46,043 bases of DNA from a virus (IMGVR_UViG_3300029841_000003); one strand, 5' to 3'. Counted from the first letter of the stretch, positions 36,453 through 45,736 are shown. Program-made: numbers and translations. The notes: generated by a model not told the origin, from the sequence alone.

Positions 36453-36859
36453 AAGAGAAATTATCAATTGAGCGGAAAAAGGCTGTAATGATTACAGCCG
36501 ATTTTACAGCACCTACAACAGAAAGTTATGCTATGGCATGGCTAAGACTATGCAACAACGCAAGAGAGTACAAAGATGTTATCTGGAGAATAGAGAATGA
36601 CTCAGGAAATAAGGTATACGTTTGGTGTGATCCAAAGTATAAAGAAACAGTAATAGAATTCCTCACAGGAATAGTTTACTACTATCAGGAAGATAAAGGG
36701 CCTACATCAGTAGGAAAAGTTATTGAGGCAGAAGATGTTACAGTTGGTTTCCCGGTGTATGAGTATGAGAGTACATGTTCTTCACATGAGGAACAATGGG
36801 GTATTGATATTGATAATTCAATTATGTTTTGGGGAGCAGTAAAAGAAATTTTTTATTGA
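36446..36859 (+). CDS. Hypothetical protein
   Basis: GAGGG RBS before ATG 36446. Confidence 0.7.
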   Translation: MLKEKLSIERKKAVMITADFTAPTTESYAMAWLRLCNNAREYKDVIWRIENDSGNKVYVWCDPKYKETVIEFLTGIVYYYQEDKGPTSVGKVIEAEDVTVGFPVYEYESTCSSHEEQWGIDIDNSIMFWGAVKEIFY

Positions 36860-36869
36860 GGTGATTTTT

Positions 36870-37319
36870 ATGAAAAATAAGGAAAATTTTGCAAAAGAAA
36901 TTTTAGATATTGCTTGCAAAGGGTATCCATTTTCAGTTACAAAGTCAGGTGAAATTACTTTTTGTGATTGTTTTAAATGTGATATGTGCAAATTTTATGT
37001 TCCTGCTGATTATAAAAGTTGCAGAATTAGGCGATATGAATGGTCAGAATTAGAATATGTAGAGAAACATACAATTACATCAAAAGAAAAGAAATTTCTT
37101 GACCTACTTTTGCCTAATTATAAATATATTGCAAGAGAGAAAAATGGTTTCTTATTAGTCTATACAGAAAAGCCAATTAAAATATTAGAAACTTGGGGAT
37201 TAGCAAACTGTGCATTAATGAATATGTTTGATATTAAATTTGATTTTATCAAATGGGAAGATGAAGACCCCTGGAGTATTGAAGATTTAAAGAAATTAGA
37301 GGTGAAAAAAGATGATTAA
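36870..37319 (+). CDS. Hypothetical phage protein (Cys cluster, YIAR...FIKWEDE.PW domain)
   Basis: GAGGTGA RBS. The C-terminal pattern is familiar from Firmicute phage hypotheticals. Confidence 0.75.
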   Translation: MKNKENFAKEILDIACKGYPFSVTKSGEITFCDCFKCDMCKFYVPADYKSCRIRRYEWSELEYVEKHTITSKEKKFLDLLLPNYKYIAREKNGFLLVYTEKPIKILETWGLANCALMNMFDIKFDFIKWEDEDPWSIEDLKKLEVKKDD

Positions 37320-37890
37320 TTTAAAAAACACATGTATTTTAGTTAGAACAAAAGAAGAAAATGAAATGCTTCTTAAAGAGGCTGAGAAGCAGGGATTCCA
37401 TTGGTTTGGACGTAGTGATTGTCAGCCGTTGAAAATACAACACTTCCCAGATATTTTAAAATTTTCTAATAGCAAAGATGTGGTGTACAACGCACGTATC
37501 GGAGCAGAGGATAGTACTTTTTACGAAGCCTCAGAACTCCTCGGGGGAAAAGAAATGACAGCAAGAGAGTTTATTAAGTGGTATGTCAATGTGGATTTTT
37601 CGTGCGGTAGACGTAACTGTGATGAATGTATACTTGGCAGAAAGAACACTAAGTGCAACAATCAGTTGTGTACTACATGCAACTGGAAAAACAACATTGA
37701 TGAACTTCTTGAAATTGCGAAATCAGGTAGAATTACAGTTCCTACATCCGAAGAGAAAGCAATTAGCGCGCTTGAAAATTTTATCGAGAATCCAGACCGC
37801 ACAGCGTTAAATGATGAATTTGTTGAATCTTTGAAGTTGGCGGTGGAGAAATTGAAAGAGGTAAAAATAGATGGAGAGATTAACACTTGA
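37312..37890 (+). CDS. A.KQG..W family domain fused to a Cys-rich domain
   Basis: N-terminus MINLKNTCILV...AEKQGFHW is paralogous to 35641-36452. Confidence 0.75.
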   Translation: MINLKNTCILVRTKEENEMLLKEAEKQGFHWFGRSDCQPLKIQHFPDILKFSNSKDVVYNARIGAEDSTFYEASELLGGKEMTAREFIKWYVNVDFSCGRRNCDECILGRKNTKCNNQLCTTCNWKNNIDELLEIAKSGRITVPTSEEKAISALENFIENPDRTALNDEFVESLKLAVEKLKEVKIDGEINT

Positions 37891-38278
37891 AGAAGCTATT
37901 GTCCATGCAAAAGAAGTAGCGGAAAAGAATTATAGAGGTGCAGATTTTGAGTCAATTGATTATATAGATGATGATATAAAGACTAATTGTATAAAATGTG
38001 CGGAAGAACATATGCAGCTTGCGGAGTGGCTTGAAGAATTAAAATCTTACAAAGAAGCAGAAGAACAGGGCTTGCTTGTGAGGCTGCCTTGTCCTGTTGG
38101 TACAACTGTATGGGACATATGCGGCATGGATATTCGGGAAAACGTGGTATGTGGAATTGAATGCGGCAAAAATGGTAAACAGTTTTTGTGGGCAAATCAT
38201 GATGAGTGGCTCGGGGAATTAAATGATTTGGTATTCCTCACCCGTGAAGCAGCAGAAAAGAAGCTGGAAGAATTTTAA
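37871..38278 (+). CDS. Hypothetical phage protein
   Basis: EEH.QLAEWLEELK.Y...EEQGLLVRLPC.VG.TV and VFLTREAAE patterns. Confidence 0.75.
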   Translation: MERLTLEEAIVHAKEVAEKNYRGADFESIDYIDDDIKTNCIKCAEEHMQLAEWLEELKSYKEAEEQGLLVRLPCPVGTTVWDICGMDIRENVVCGIECGKNGKQFLWANHDEWLGELNDLVFLTREAAEKKLEEF

Positions 38279-38325
38279 ATTGGATGCTAATACAAGAAAA
38301 TTTATATCAATGGGGGAAAATCAAT

Positions 38326-39402
38326 ATGGATAAATTAATAGCAAAAGAAGTAGAATTTAACGGAGATATTCTTAAAGCAGCACAGGATCCTGATGGAAAT
38401 ATTTGGGTTGGTGCTCGCTGGGTATGTGAAGCTATCGGTTTAGATGATAACCGGATTAAATATGAAAGAAGAAAAATGCAGACGGATTCAGTAATTTCAA
38501 AGGGGGTACAAAATTTTACCCTCCTTACCAATGGCGGGAATCAGAATGTTATGTGCTTACAGTTAGACTATCTGCCATTATGGTTGGCTAAAATCTCAAT
38601 TACTCCAACTATGAGAAAGGAAATGCCGGGAATAGCAGAAAAACTTGTAGCATATCAGCTCAAGGCAAAAGATGTATTGGCAGCAGCTTTCCTTGAGAAA
38701 AAAGTTAATAATCCAAATGTTATTCAGTTACAGCTTCCGGATTTTAATGACAAAATTGAAGTACTAGAAAGAAAAGTAGATAAAATCTTTGAAGATATGG
38801 GGCGTTTAGCTTCTATGATGGTTCAAGAGAAAGCTGTTACGACACCTCTTCCAGTAAAGAAAGTAGAGGATCCAGGTAAAAAATGGAAAAATGATATGTA
38901 CCAGATGATTGATGCTCTTACCACTTGTGACAAGTTCTCTGATCGTGGCTCTGTAATGAAAACTGTATATAAGTATATGAATAAAAACTATGGTATCTGT
39001 TGGGATCAGGAAGTGAAGGATTACAAAGAAAAGTGTAATCCAGTAAGTAAATTTAGTACTTATGATGTTGTCTATGCCAATGATACTTTGAGATCTATCT
39101 TCAGTGCTGCGTTAGGAGATCTCTATGAAAAATATAAATCAATCTGTAATCAGGATGCAACAGATTCTATTATTGCTCCTCTCGTAGAAAAATATGGAGA
39201 TAAGAGCAACGGAGGAATGGTTACATATAGAAAAGTATACAAAAAGATGGGAGAAATGAGTCCGATCAATTGGCATAATTTAGAAGTTCGTTATATTAAC
39301 AAACATGGCAAAGCAGGAGCAAGAAGAAAGAAAATCATTTCTTCTAATCCGGAAATGCTGAGAAAATTTAAGAATGCAGTTGATGTCATGATGGTTGGGT
39401 AA
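38326..39402 (+). CDS. Phage antirepressor with P22 Ant N-terminal-like domain
   Basis: VEFNGD.L.A..D..G.IWV..RWVC..IGL...TNGG.Q...CL.LDYLPLWLAKI...YQLKAKDVLAAAF. Confidence 0.85.
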   Translation: MDKLIAKEVEFNGDILKAAQDPDGNIWVGARWVCEAIGLDDNRIKYERRKMQTDSVISKGVQNFTLLTNGGNQNVMCLQLDYLPLWLAKISITPTMRKEMPGIAEKLVAYQLKAKDVLAAAFLEKKVNNPNVIQLQLPDFNDKIEVLERKVDKIFEDMGRLASMMVQEKAVTTPLPVKKVEDPGKKWKNDMYQMIDALTTCDKFSDRGSVMKTVYKYMNKNYGICWDQEVKDYKEKCNPVSKFSTYDVVYANDTLRSIFSAALGDLYEKYKSICNQDATDSIIAPLVEKYGDKSNGGMVTYRKVYKKMGEMSPINWHNLEVRYINKHGKAGARRKKIISSNPEMLRKFKNAVDVMMVG

Positions 39403-39407
39403 AGACT

Positions 39408-39701
39408 ATGCTAAAAATAGGGAAAACATATTATTTAAAAACTTGGGAGGAGCTTAAAAAAGCTTCTAATGGTGGTTTTCGTGGAACCTTAAATTTTGGA
39501 GACATATTATTTTTATCTAGGATGAAGGTTTTATGTGGAAATAAGATACGTATAATTGGAAAAGATCCTCTTTATGAAGGAGTATACCAAGGAAAAAGTA
39601 TAAACACTTCAGAGCAATTTTTGTTTACTGAGAATATGTTGGTCATACCTGGCTTGAAAAGAATGATTGAGGTGAGAAATGAAAGTAGGACAAAAGTATA
39701 A
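39408..39701 (+). CDS. SH3-like small protein with LxxMIxxR motif
   Basis: LKIGKTY.LKTWEEL...F...MK.LCG...FTENML; ends GLKRMIEVRNE. Confidence 0.75.
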   Translation: MLKIGKTYYLKTWEELKKASNGGFRGTLNFGDILFLSRMKVLCGNKIRIIGKDPLYEGVYQGKSINTSEQFLFTENMLVIPGLKRMIEVRNESRTKV

Positions 39702-41049
39702 AGTTCGTTCTTGGGATGATATGGAAAGAGAGTTTGGAACCGCTCAAACTGGGGGTGAAACATATATACCATGTTTGGCATTTTTTGTTAAAGATATGTG
39801 TAGATTTTGTGGGAAAGAGTACAGAATTAAAGCAATATATGATCCTGTTAATAACATATATGATTTAGAAACTATTACGGGAGACGAAGATGAAAATAGA
39901 GAACTGCTTTATTTCTGTTGGGATGAAGTGATGCTTATTCCAATCGCTGGGAAATTAGAAATTATGATTAAGGAGAGAAGAAAAATGTATAGATACTATG
40001 ATAAGAAAAACAATTTTGTAGAAACATTTAATCCGGAGACAGGATTTTATATCCGGTCCGATGATCTTACAACAGGAAAGGAACCATTTATGAGAAATTT
40101 TCCTGCTTTATTAGATATTGGTGTTATGGGACATTGTGTTCATGGGGCATCTGGTTTGTGTATTCAGTCAGGAGTTCAGTGCTATCAGAATGGATTACAC
40201 ACACAGGAGCCTAATATGTCCCTTGAGAATTTCAAGAGAATAGTAAATGAATGTAAAGGGAAAACATTTCAGTTTGCTCTTGGTGGCAGAGGAGATGTAG
40301 ACCAGCATGAAAATTTTGAAGAAATCCTTAAGTATTGTTGTTCACAAGGGATTGTGCCAAACTTTACAAGTTCTGGTTTAGGATTCAATGAAAAAATTGT
40401 TTCCTTATGTAAAGAATATTGCGGAGCTGTAGCTATATCTTGGTACAGAAGTGAATATACAGGGAAAGCGATTGATATGTTAGTGTCTGCAGGAGTCACT
40501 ACCAATATTCATTATGTCCTTGGACGGAATTCTATTGATGAAGCTATTGAACATTTGCAGCAGGAAGATTTTCCTGATGGTATCAATGCAGTAATTTTCT
40601 TGTTGCATAAGCCAGTAGGTTTAGGAACTCAGGCAAATGTATTGTCTCCTGATGATGAAAGAGTCAAAGAATTTTTCTCTTTGATTGATAAACATGATTA
40701 TAAATTTCAGATTGGATTTGATTCATGTTCTGTGCCTGGACTGTTGAATTTTACAGAAGAGATTTTAAATTCTACTCTGGAACCGTGTGAAGGAGCAAGA
40801 TTTTCTGGGTATATTACCTCTGATATGAAGATGCTGCCATGCAGCTTTGACAATCAGGAACTTAAGTGGGCAGTTGATCTTAATGAACACACTATTCAGG
40901 AAGCATGGGATTCAGATGTGTTCGATGATTTCAGAAGCCATTTCAAGAATTCTTGTAGAGGTTGTAGTCGTCAGTGTGATTGCTTAGGTGGATGCCCGAT
41001 CAGAAGAGAAATTGTCTTGTGCACAAAAGAGGAGAAAGATTTATGCTAA
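39679..41049 (+). CDS. Radical SAM/SPASM protein with an in-frame N-terminal SH3-like array module (internal start at 39985)
   Basis: CVHGASGLCIQSGVQCY cluster motif, ALGGRGD, NFTSSG. SPASM-like CEGARFSGYI...MLPCSF and C..C.....C.GGC. Confidence 0.85.
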   Translation: MKVGQKYKVRSWDDMEREFGTAQTGGETYIPCLAFFVKDMCRFCGKEYRIKAIYDPVNNIYDLETITGDEDENRELLYFCWDEVMLIPIAGKLEIMIKERRKMYRYYDKKNNFVETFNPETGFYIRSDDLTTGKEPFMRNFPALLDIGVMGHCVHGASGLCIQSGVQCYQNGLHTQEPNMSLENFKRIVNECKGKTFQFALGGRGDVDQHENFEEILKYCCSQGIVPNFTSSGLGFNEKIVSLCKEYCGAVAISWYRSEYTGKAIDMLVSAGVTTNIHYVLGRNSIDEAIEHLQQEDFPDGINAVIFLLHKPVGLGTQANVLSPDDERVKEFFSLIDKHDYKFQIGFDSCSVPGLLNFTEEILNSTLEPCEGARFSGYITSDMKMLPCSFDNQELKWAVDLNEHTIQEAWDSDVFDDFRSHFKNSCRGCSRQCDCLGGCPIRREIVLCTKEEKDLC

Positions 41050-41363
41050 CAATTGGGCTAAGTGCTGTATTAATAGTGACATTGATAATTTTATTCGCTT
41101 GCATAAGCAAAAATATAAATTTGAAAATGGAAGTAGAGGAACTAAAAATAAAGAACGAGACCCAACGCTTGAGTTATTCTAGCATATACCGAAATTATGT
41201 AAAGTTACTAATGAAACCTGATGCATTAAAGCCTACTACATCAGACATAAAAGAAGCTGTTCACTATGCAATGATTAAAGCTCATCCTGACAATGGAGGT
41301 AAACAAGAAGATTTTGTAAAGTTTAGAAAACTATATGAGAGGATGAACAATGAATACAGATAA
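41043..41363 (+). CDS. Membrane-anchored J-domain-like protein
   Basis: N-terminal transmembrane helix. C-terminal IKEAVHYAMIKAHPDNGGKQEDFVK with the HPD motif. Confidence 0.75.
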   Translation: MLTIGLSAVLIVTLIILFACISKNINLKMEVEELKIKNETQRLSYSSIYRNYVKLLMKPDALKPTTSDIKEAVHYAMIKAHPDNGGKQEDFVKFRKLYERMNNEYR

Positions 41364-41640
41364 ACTTAAATTTCTTAAACTTGGCGGGCAATATAAAGTA
41401 AAATCGTTTGCTCGTTTAATGGAAGAATATGGTTCTGATAACTCTAGTGGAATGCCGAATGTCATCTGCGGTTTTAATAAGCAAATGAAAAAATTGTGTG
41501 ATCAAAAAATTACGATACAAGATACATTCTATAAGAATGGAGATAAGTTTTATCAAATAAAAGAAGCAAGATATTGTTGGAATAGTCAGATGTTAGAACT
41601 TCCTTTAAGCACATTGATCTATAGGAGAAGACATGGATAG
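41350..41640 (+). CDS. SH3-like small protein with LxxLIxxR motif
   Basis: LKLGGQYKVKSF..L.EEYG...F...MKKLC...WNSQMLE; ends PLSTLIYRRRHG. Confidence 0.75.
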   Translation: MNTDKLKFLKLGGQYKVKSFARLMEEYGSDNSSGMPNVICGFNKQMKKLCDQKITIQDTFYKNGDKFYQIKEARYCWNSQMLELPLSTLIYRRRHG

Positions 41641-41878
41641 ATATGAAATATATTTCAAGTTAAGGGAAATCTGTTCTGGACATTTATGCACTAATTGTCC
41701 AATAAGTTTCATAAATTCCAAGCATAAATGTGGCCATGGTTATGGGTATTCTTTAGATGGGAATCCGATACCATTATCAGAAGCTTTGAAGTATTACTCT
41801 ATTATATATGGAGAACACAATTTGAGGAATACTATAGAGAAAAGAAAGGAGAATTATAGACATGAAAGAAGGATATAA
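41633..41878 (+). CDS. Cys-rich small protein with LxxTIxxR-like end
   Basis: C....C..CP.....C; NLRNTIEKRKE. Confidence 0.7.
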   Translation: MDRYEIYFKLREICSGHLCTNCPISFINSKHKCGHGYGYSLDGNPIPLSEALKYYSIIYGEHNLRNTIEKRKENYRHERRI

Positions 41879-42308
41879 ATTAGAAGACACTATCATCCTT
41901 AATGGAAAAGTAGGGTGGGTAAACACAGGAGATGATGCTGGTAGCATTATTGGAATACAAAATATTCAAAAAGTGAAAAGATTTTCTGGTGAAGAAATTG
42001 TTGTATCTAATGATGGATTTGCCTTTTCGAAAGAAATGGAAAGTCGATGCGGGTGGCATGACAGATATGCAAGTATTCAAATGCTTACAGGAGATACACC
42101 TATTGATATGGATCACATTGATGAGACAAAGATTGTATCAATGGAAGGAATCACTGAGTCTGAATATTATCATAGGTATAGTGATTATACTGGATATCTT
42201 TGGACTGAAGAAGAATTCAAATGTGGTGGTCATGATCTGTTAAAAATCTTAGAAAGGAACATAGGTAAGTATATCCATATAGAAATTGAATTATATTCGA
42301 GGTGTTGA
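41862..42308 (+). CDS. Hypothetical phage protein
   Basis: AAGGAG RBS; YS.YTGYLWTEE....GGHDL motif. Confidence 0.75.
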   Translation: MKEGYKLEDTIILNGKVGWVNTGDDAGSIIGIQNIQKVKRFSGEEIVVSNDGFAFSKEMESRCGWHDRYASIQMLTGDTPIDMDHIDETKIVSMEGITESEYYHRYSDYTGYLWTEEEFKCGGHDLLKILERNIGKYIHIEIELYSRC

Positions 42309-42309
42309 T

Positions 42310-42705
42310 ATGACATTTGAAGAAGCTAAACAGCGTTCAGATTACTGTTTTAGACTCAACGGAATCCAATTTCTAATAAGGAATATAAGAGAAGAGCATT
42401 TAGAAATTGATCTCGATAATGGTCCTCTCATAGGTGAAGCTGTGTTAGAGATAGGGTATGTTGATATTGAAGTAAACATTTCTGTTCTCGGAATGTTTAA
42501 CGAAATACCAACATATAAACCGACTATTGAATATTTTACTTGTTTAAAAACGGAGAATGATTGGGAGCCTATTGAATATATTGGGACTGGAGCAGATGTG
42601 GATTGGTGGAGTAACAGATGGAAAGAAGAGTTGGAAGAAGATATGTTTTTAGCATTAAATGAATATGTGGAAAGTGCAGGACTCAGCTATGATGAACCAA
42701 ATTGA
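42310..42705 (+). CDS. Hypothetical protein
   Basis: GAGGTG RBS; acidic. Confidence 0.72.
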   Translation: MTFEEAKQRSDYCFRLNGIQFLIRNIREEHLEIDLDNGPLIGEAVLEIGYVDIEVNISVLGMFNEIPTYKPTIEYFTCLKTENDWEPIEYIGTGADVDWWSNRWKEELEEDMFLALNEYVESAGLSYDEPN

Positions 42706-42719
42706 AGGAGGAAAGAAGA

Positions 42720-43511
42720 ATGGATAAAGCTTGGTTAGAACAGAAAACAAAAGAATGTGAAAGTGTCCGGCCTGAGATTGAAAAAATACTTAGGAACAAG
42801 CTGCATTTAGATGATAAGGAATTTGAGAAAATCATGGATTGTCTCGAATCTCCTTGTTATACTACTGCAATACAAGAATTAAACATGGTACTTATTATGA
42901 AATATGTGGATGATTCTACAAAAACTTATGAAGAATATAAAGAATTATCAGAACTTACAGGAATTGAAGAGTTGTTTTATAAATACACCAAGAAAAATTG
43001 GATTGCTGTATATTTAGATGGAGAGCCAATGGAATTTGATGGAGATATTATTATCACAGATCCTTGTTATATCATGAAAGAAGATGATGATTGGGCAACA
43101 TGTGCCTACGGAGAGAATATGGAAGCACTTGGAATAACTCACTATATGACAAGAGATACTCTCTATGGAGATTGGAGTTGTACTACTTTTGACAGTGATA
43201 CAAAAGAAGCTATTGGTGAGTTTTGCGCAGATGCTGGTTTAGTATCAGTGTTTTTATTAGATGAAGTTTTGAAATATAATCCAGAATTTGACTATCATTT
43301 AAAAAATAAATGGATGGTTACCTGGATCAAAGACTTCAAGGGGACTGTAAAATTTGTCGTTAAGCATATTGAGGGCTATTATGAAGAAGATACCGACTAC
43401 TGGAAGAAAGGTGACTACTGGGAAGATTATGTTTTAGAAGTAGTAGGACATGGCATTAACAAGGTTACTGGTAAACCAATTAACTTTGTTGGAAAGCAAA
43501 CGGGGTTATAA
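42720..43511 (+). CDS. Hypothetical phage protein (ITDPCY / T.YGD / FCADAG family)
   Basis: IIITDPCY, TLYGDW and FCADAGLVSV motifs. Confidence 0.78.
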   Translation: MDKAWLEQKTKECESVRPEIEKILRNKLHLDDKEFEKIMDCLESPCYTTAIQELNMVLIMKYVDDSTKTYEEYKELSELTGIEELFYKYTKKNWIAVYLDGEPMEFDGDIIITDPCYIMKEDDDWATCAYGENMEALGITHYMTRDTLYGDWSCTTFDSDTKEAIGEFCADAGLVSVFLLDEVLKYNPEFDYHLKNKWMVTWIKDFKGTVKFVVKHIEGYYEEDTDYWKKGDYWEDYVLEVVGHGINKVTGKPINFVGKQTGL

Positions 43512-43512
43512 T

Positions 43513-43734
43513 ATGATTCCGAACAAAAAAGGTTTGCAAGTTATTATGAAAAACACTTTTACTCCAGGATGGGAAAATAGAATTTTTACATTAACTGGAG
43601 AAAAACAAATAAATGATTGGGTGCATGTCTACTATCCAGTAATGGAGAATGTTAATCCTGTCAATAGATGTTTTATGGTGCCGCTAAATTCGTTAAAATT
43701 ATTAATTTTAAATAAACAAGAAAAGGAGAACTAA
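43513..43734 (+). CDS. SH3-like small protein with a degenerate LxxLI end
   Basis: KKGLQVIMK; ends SLKLLILNKQE. Confidence 0.62.
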   Translation: MIPNKKGLQVIMKNTFTPGWENRIFTLTGEKQINDWVHVYYPVMENVNPVNRCFMVPLNSLKLLILNKQEKEN

Positions 43735-43738
43735 AATT

Positions 43739-44005
43739 ATGAAAATGAGCTATGATGTGCAGGTTGAGGAGTTAGGAGCAAACAGAAGAGGTCTTGTTAC
43801 TTCAGAAGAGGGAAGAGCTATTGTTGAGTTTATGAAAACAAGCAGAGCTAACATGTGCTTTGAGTACGATGATGAGGCTGAAGCTAAAAGAAGAGCTTCT
43901 GCAGTAATGAATTGTTGCAAGAGACTCAATGAAGAAGGCGAAAAAGAAGTTATTAAATACGCTAAACGTGGAAATAAAATCTACGTCATTAAAGCGACGG
44001 AGTAA
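43739..44005 (+). CDS. Hypothetical protein
   Basis: AAGGAG RBS; ends KRGNKIYVIK. Confidence 0.75.
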   Translation: MKMSYDVQVEELGANRRGLVTSEEGRAIVEFMKTSRANMCFEYDDEAEAKRRASAVMNCCKRLNEEGEKEVIKYAKRGNKIYVIKATE

Positions 44006-44016
44006 GGAGGAGTCTT

Positions 44017-44439
44017 ATGTTAGACATTAACAAGAGAGTGAGGTGTGAAGGAACAACTGTTGCAGAGATGATTGAAGCTCTGCAGCGGTTGCCTCAGGAT
44101 GGAGTTGTCCACTTTAAAGGGAAAAAGAATGGATATATTCATTGTGATCTGGACAGTAAGACTATTGATTTTGATACTGATGATTTGAGCGATATGTATG
44201 ATGAAGTTTCTGGAGAACCTAAAGAATATTATTTGGTGTCCATAGAAACTCGTTTTAAGAATTGTGTAGCTATAAAGGCTCAAAATAATTTTGCTGCTGA
44301 GGCAAAAGTGAGAGATTTAAGCCAAAGAAATTTAATTGATAAAGGAAATAAAAATGTGTATGTTTATGCTACTTGTAATACCTACACAAAAAGTTATGCT
44401 CAAGAGAAAAATTATGAAATTATAGAGGAGGACATATGA
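44017..44439 (+). CDS. Hypothetical protein
   Basis: AAGGAGG RBS; TVAEMIEALQRLPQD motif. Confidence 0.75.
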   Translation: MLDINKRVRCEGTTVAEMIEALQRLPQDGVVHFKGKKNGYIHCDLDSKTIDFDTDDLSDMYDEVSGEPKEYYLVSIETRFKNCVAIKAQNNFAAEAKVRDLSQRNLIDKGNKNVYVYATCNTYTKSYAQEKNYEIIEEDI

Positions 44440-44708
44440 AATTAAGAACCGGTTTTGTAACTAATAGTTCTTCATCCAGTTTTACTATTGCTAGAAGTGA
44501 TTTAACAGATGAGCAGATTGAGAAGATTAAAAATTACTTTGAAGCTGCAAAAGAAGTTGGAATGAATGATTTCGACGATTCGTGGGATATTGATGAAACA
44601 AATTTTGGAATTAGAGGCTTCACATGTATGGACAATGGAGATATGAACAAGTTTCTAAGGCTAATTGGTATTAACAGAGATATTGTTGAATGGGAGGATT
44701 GGTCATGA
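44436..44708 (+). CDS. GFVTNSSSSSF-leader protein 1
   Basis: Starts MKLRTGFVTNSSSSSF. Confidence 0.8.
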   Translation: MKLRTGFVTNSSSSSFTIARSDLTDEQIEKIKNYFEAAKEVGMNDFDDSWDIDETNFGIRGFTCMDNGDMNKFLRLIGINRDIVEWEDWS

Positions 44709-45163
44709 AAATTAGAAAAGGATTCGTAACTAATAGTAGCAGCAGTAGCTTTATTCTTGGTTTCACAAGCGAAGAGAATATCAAAAAAGAACTGGAAGCA
44801 GAAGATCTCAAAGAATATTTTGATGAGGTCCTGGAAGATGTAATGAGAGCTACAAAATTGACTAAAGATGAAGCTTTGGAAGGGTATTCAAAAGAAATTT
44901 ATTATGATACTCTCTGGGATTTAGAGTATAGACTTGATGTACCTTATGATAAGAAGTTCGAAATACGAGAAACGAAAGAGTTTCAGAATAAGCTCAATAA
45001 AGCAATAACAGATAGGGTGTCTGAGTTAGAGGAAGATATGCAAGGGTACTCTGTATTTGTAGAGATTAATTATTCAGACGAGGATGGTCTTAGGTATTCA
45101 ACCCTTGAACATCATGTTGCACCGAATATGAATTGTTGCCTTGCTGCTATTAGTCATCATTGA
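44705..45163 (+). CDS. GFVTNSSSSSF-leader protein 2
   Basis: Starts MKIRKGFVTNSSSSSF at ATG 44705 (GGAGG RBS, ATGA overlap). Confidence 0.8.
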   Translation: MKIRKGFVTNSSSSSFILGFTSEENIKKELEAEDLKEYFDEVLEDVMRATKLTKDEALEGYSKEIYYDTLWDLEYRLDVPYDKKFEIRETKEFQNKLNKAITDRVSELEEDMQGYSVFVEINYSDEDGLRYSTLEHHVAPNMNCCLAAISHH

Positions 45164-45184
45164 AATGCAAGCATTAGAAAGGGT

Positions 45185-45736
45185 GTGGAGAAAATGGGAA
45201 ATTACTATGAAGGAAAATTAATTTTCGGATTGAAAAGAAATCTTCCAGACGAACTGTTACATGATTTATCAGTGCTTGCAAGCGAGCGGAGCTGTGATAG
45301 AGATATAAAACCACTGTTACAGCATAGAGAATTAAAAGAGTCTAAATGGATGAATCATTATAGAGCTTTATATCCGACTTACACATTAGAATTTTCAGAA
45401 GGAGTGTGGTTCTTGACTGCTAGCTTCTGTATGAAAGGATACATGTACCTAGGTGATGACTTAGGGCAAGATATTTATGACTTTCTGTATCCATATTTTA
45501 ATTCGGACATTCTTGATGAAGCAGATGGTGGTTATATGGGCACTATTGAAGATGAAGATGGAACCTACCGGAAAGAATTCTACGCAAACTATGAGCAGTT
45601 TAATAAAATCATAGAAGGCAGAGAATACTTGTGTAAAGGTTGCTATAAGAAAATGGATGGATCGTTGTGTAATGATTGGAAGTATTGTAAAAGAGCATAT
45701 GATATAGGAAGGGGTGATACCATTGAAGATTCGTAA
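45185..45736 (+). CDS. Hypothetical protein with C-terminal Cys cluster
   Basis: Starts (M)GNYYEG; CKGC.....C....C near the end. Confidence 0.72.
   Translation: MEKMGNYYEGKLIFGLKRNLPDELLHDLSVLASERSCDRDIKPLLQHRELKESKWMNHYRALYPTYTLEFSEGVWFLTASFCMKGYMYLGDDLGQDIYDFLYPYFNSDILDEADGGYMGTIEDEDGTYRKEFYANYEQFNKIIEGREYLCKGCYKKMDGSLCNDWKYCKRAYDIGRGDTIEDS

Noticed and set aside
27288..41878. Diversity-generating retroelement as the source of array diversity
   Set aside because: No reverse transcriptase in the window and no near-identical template/variable repeat pair differing at adenines. Paralogs are diverged throughout.
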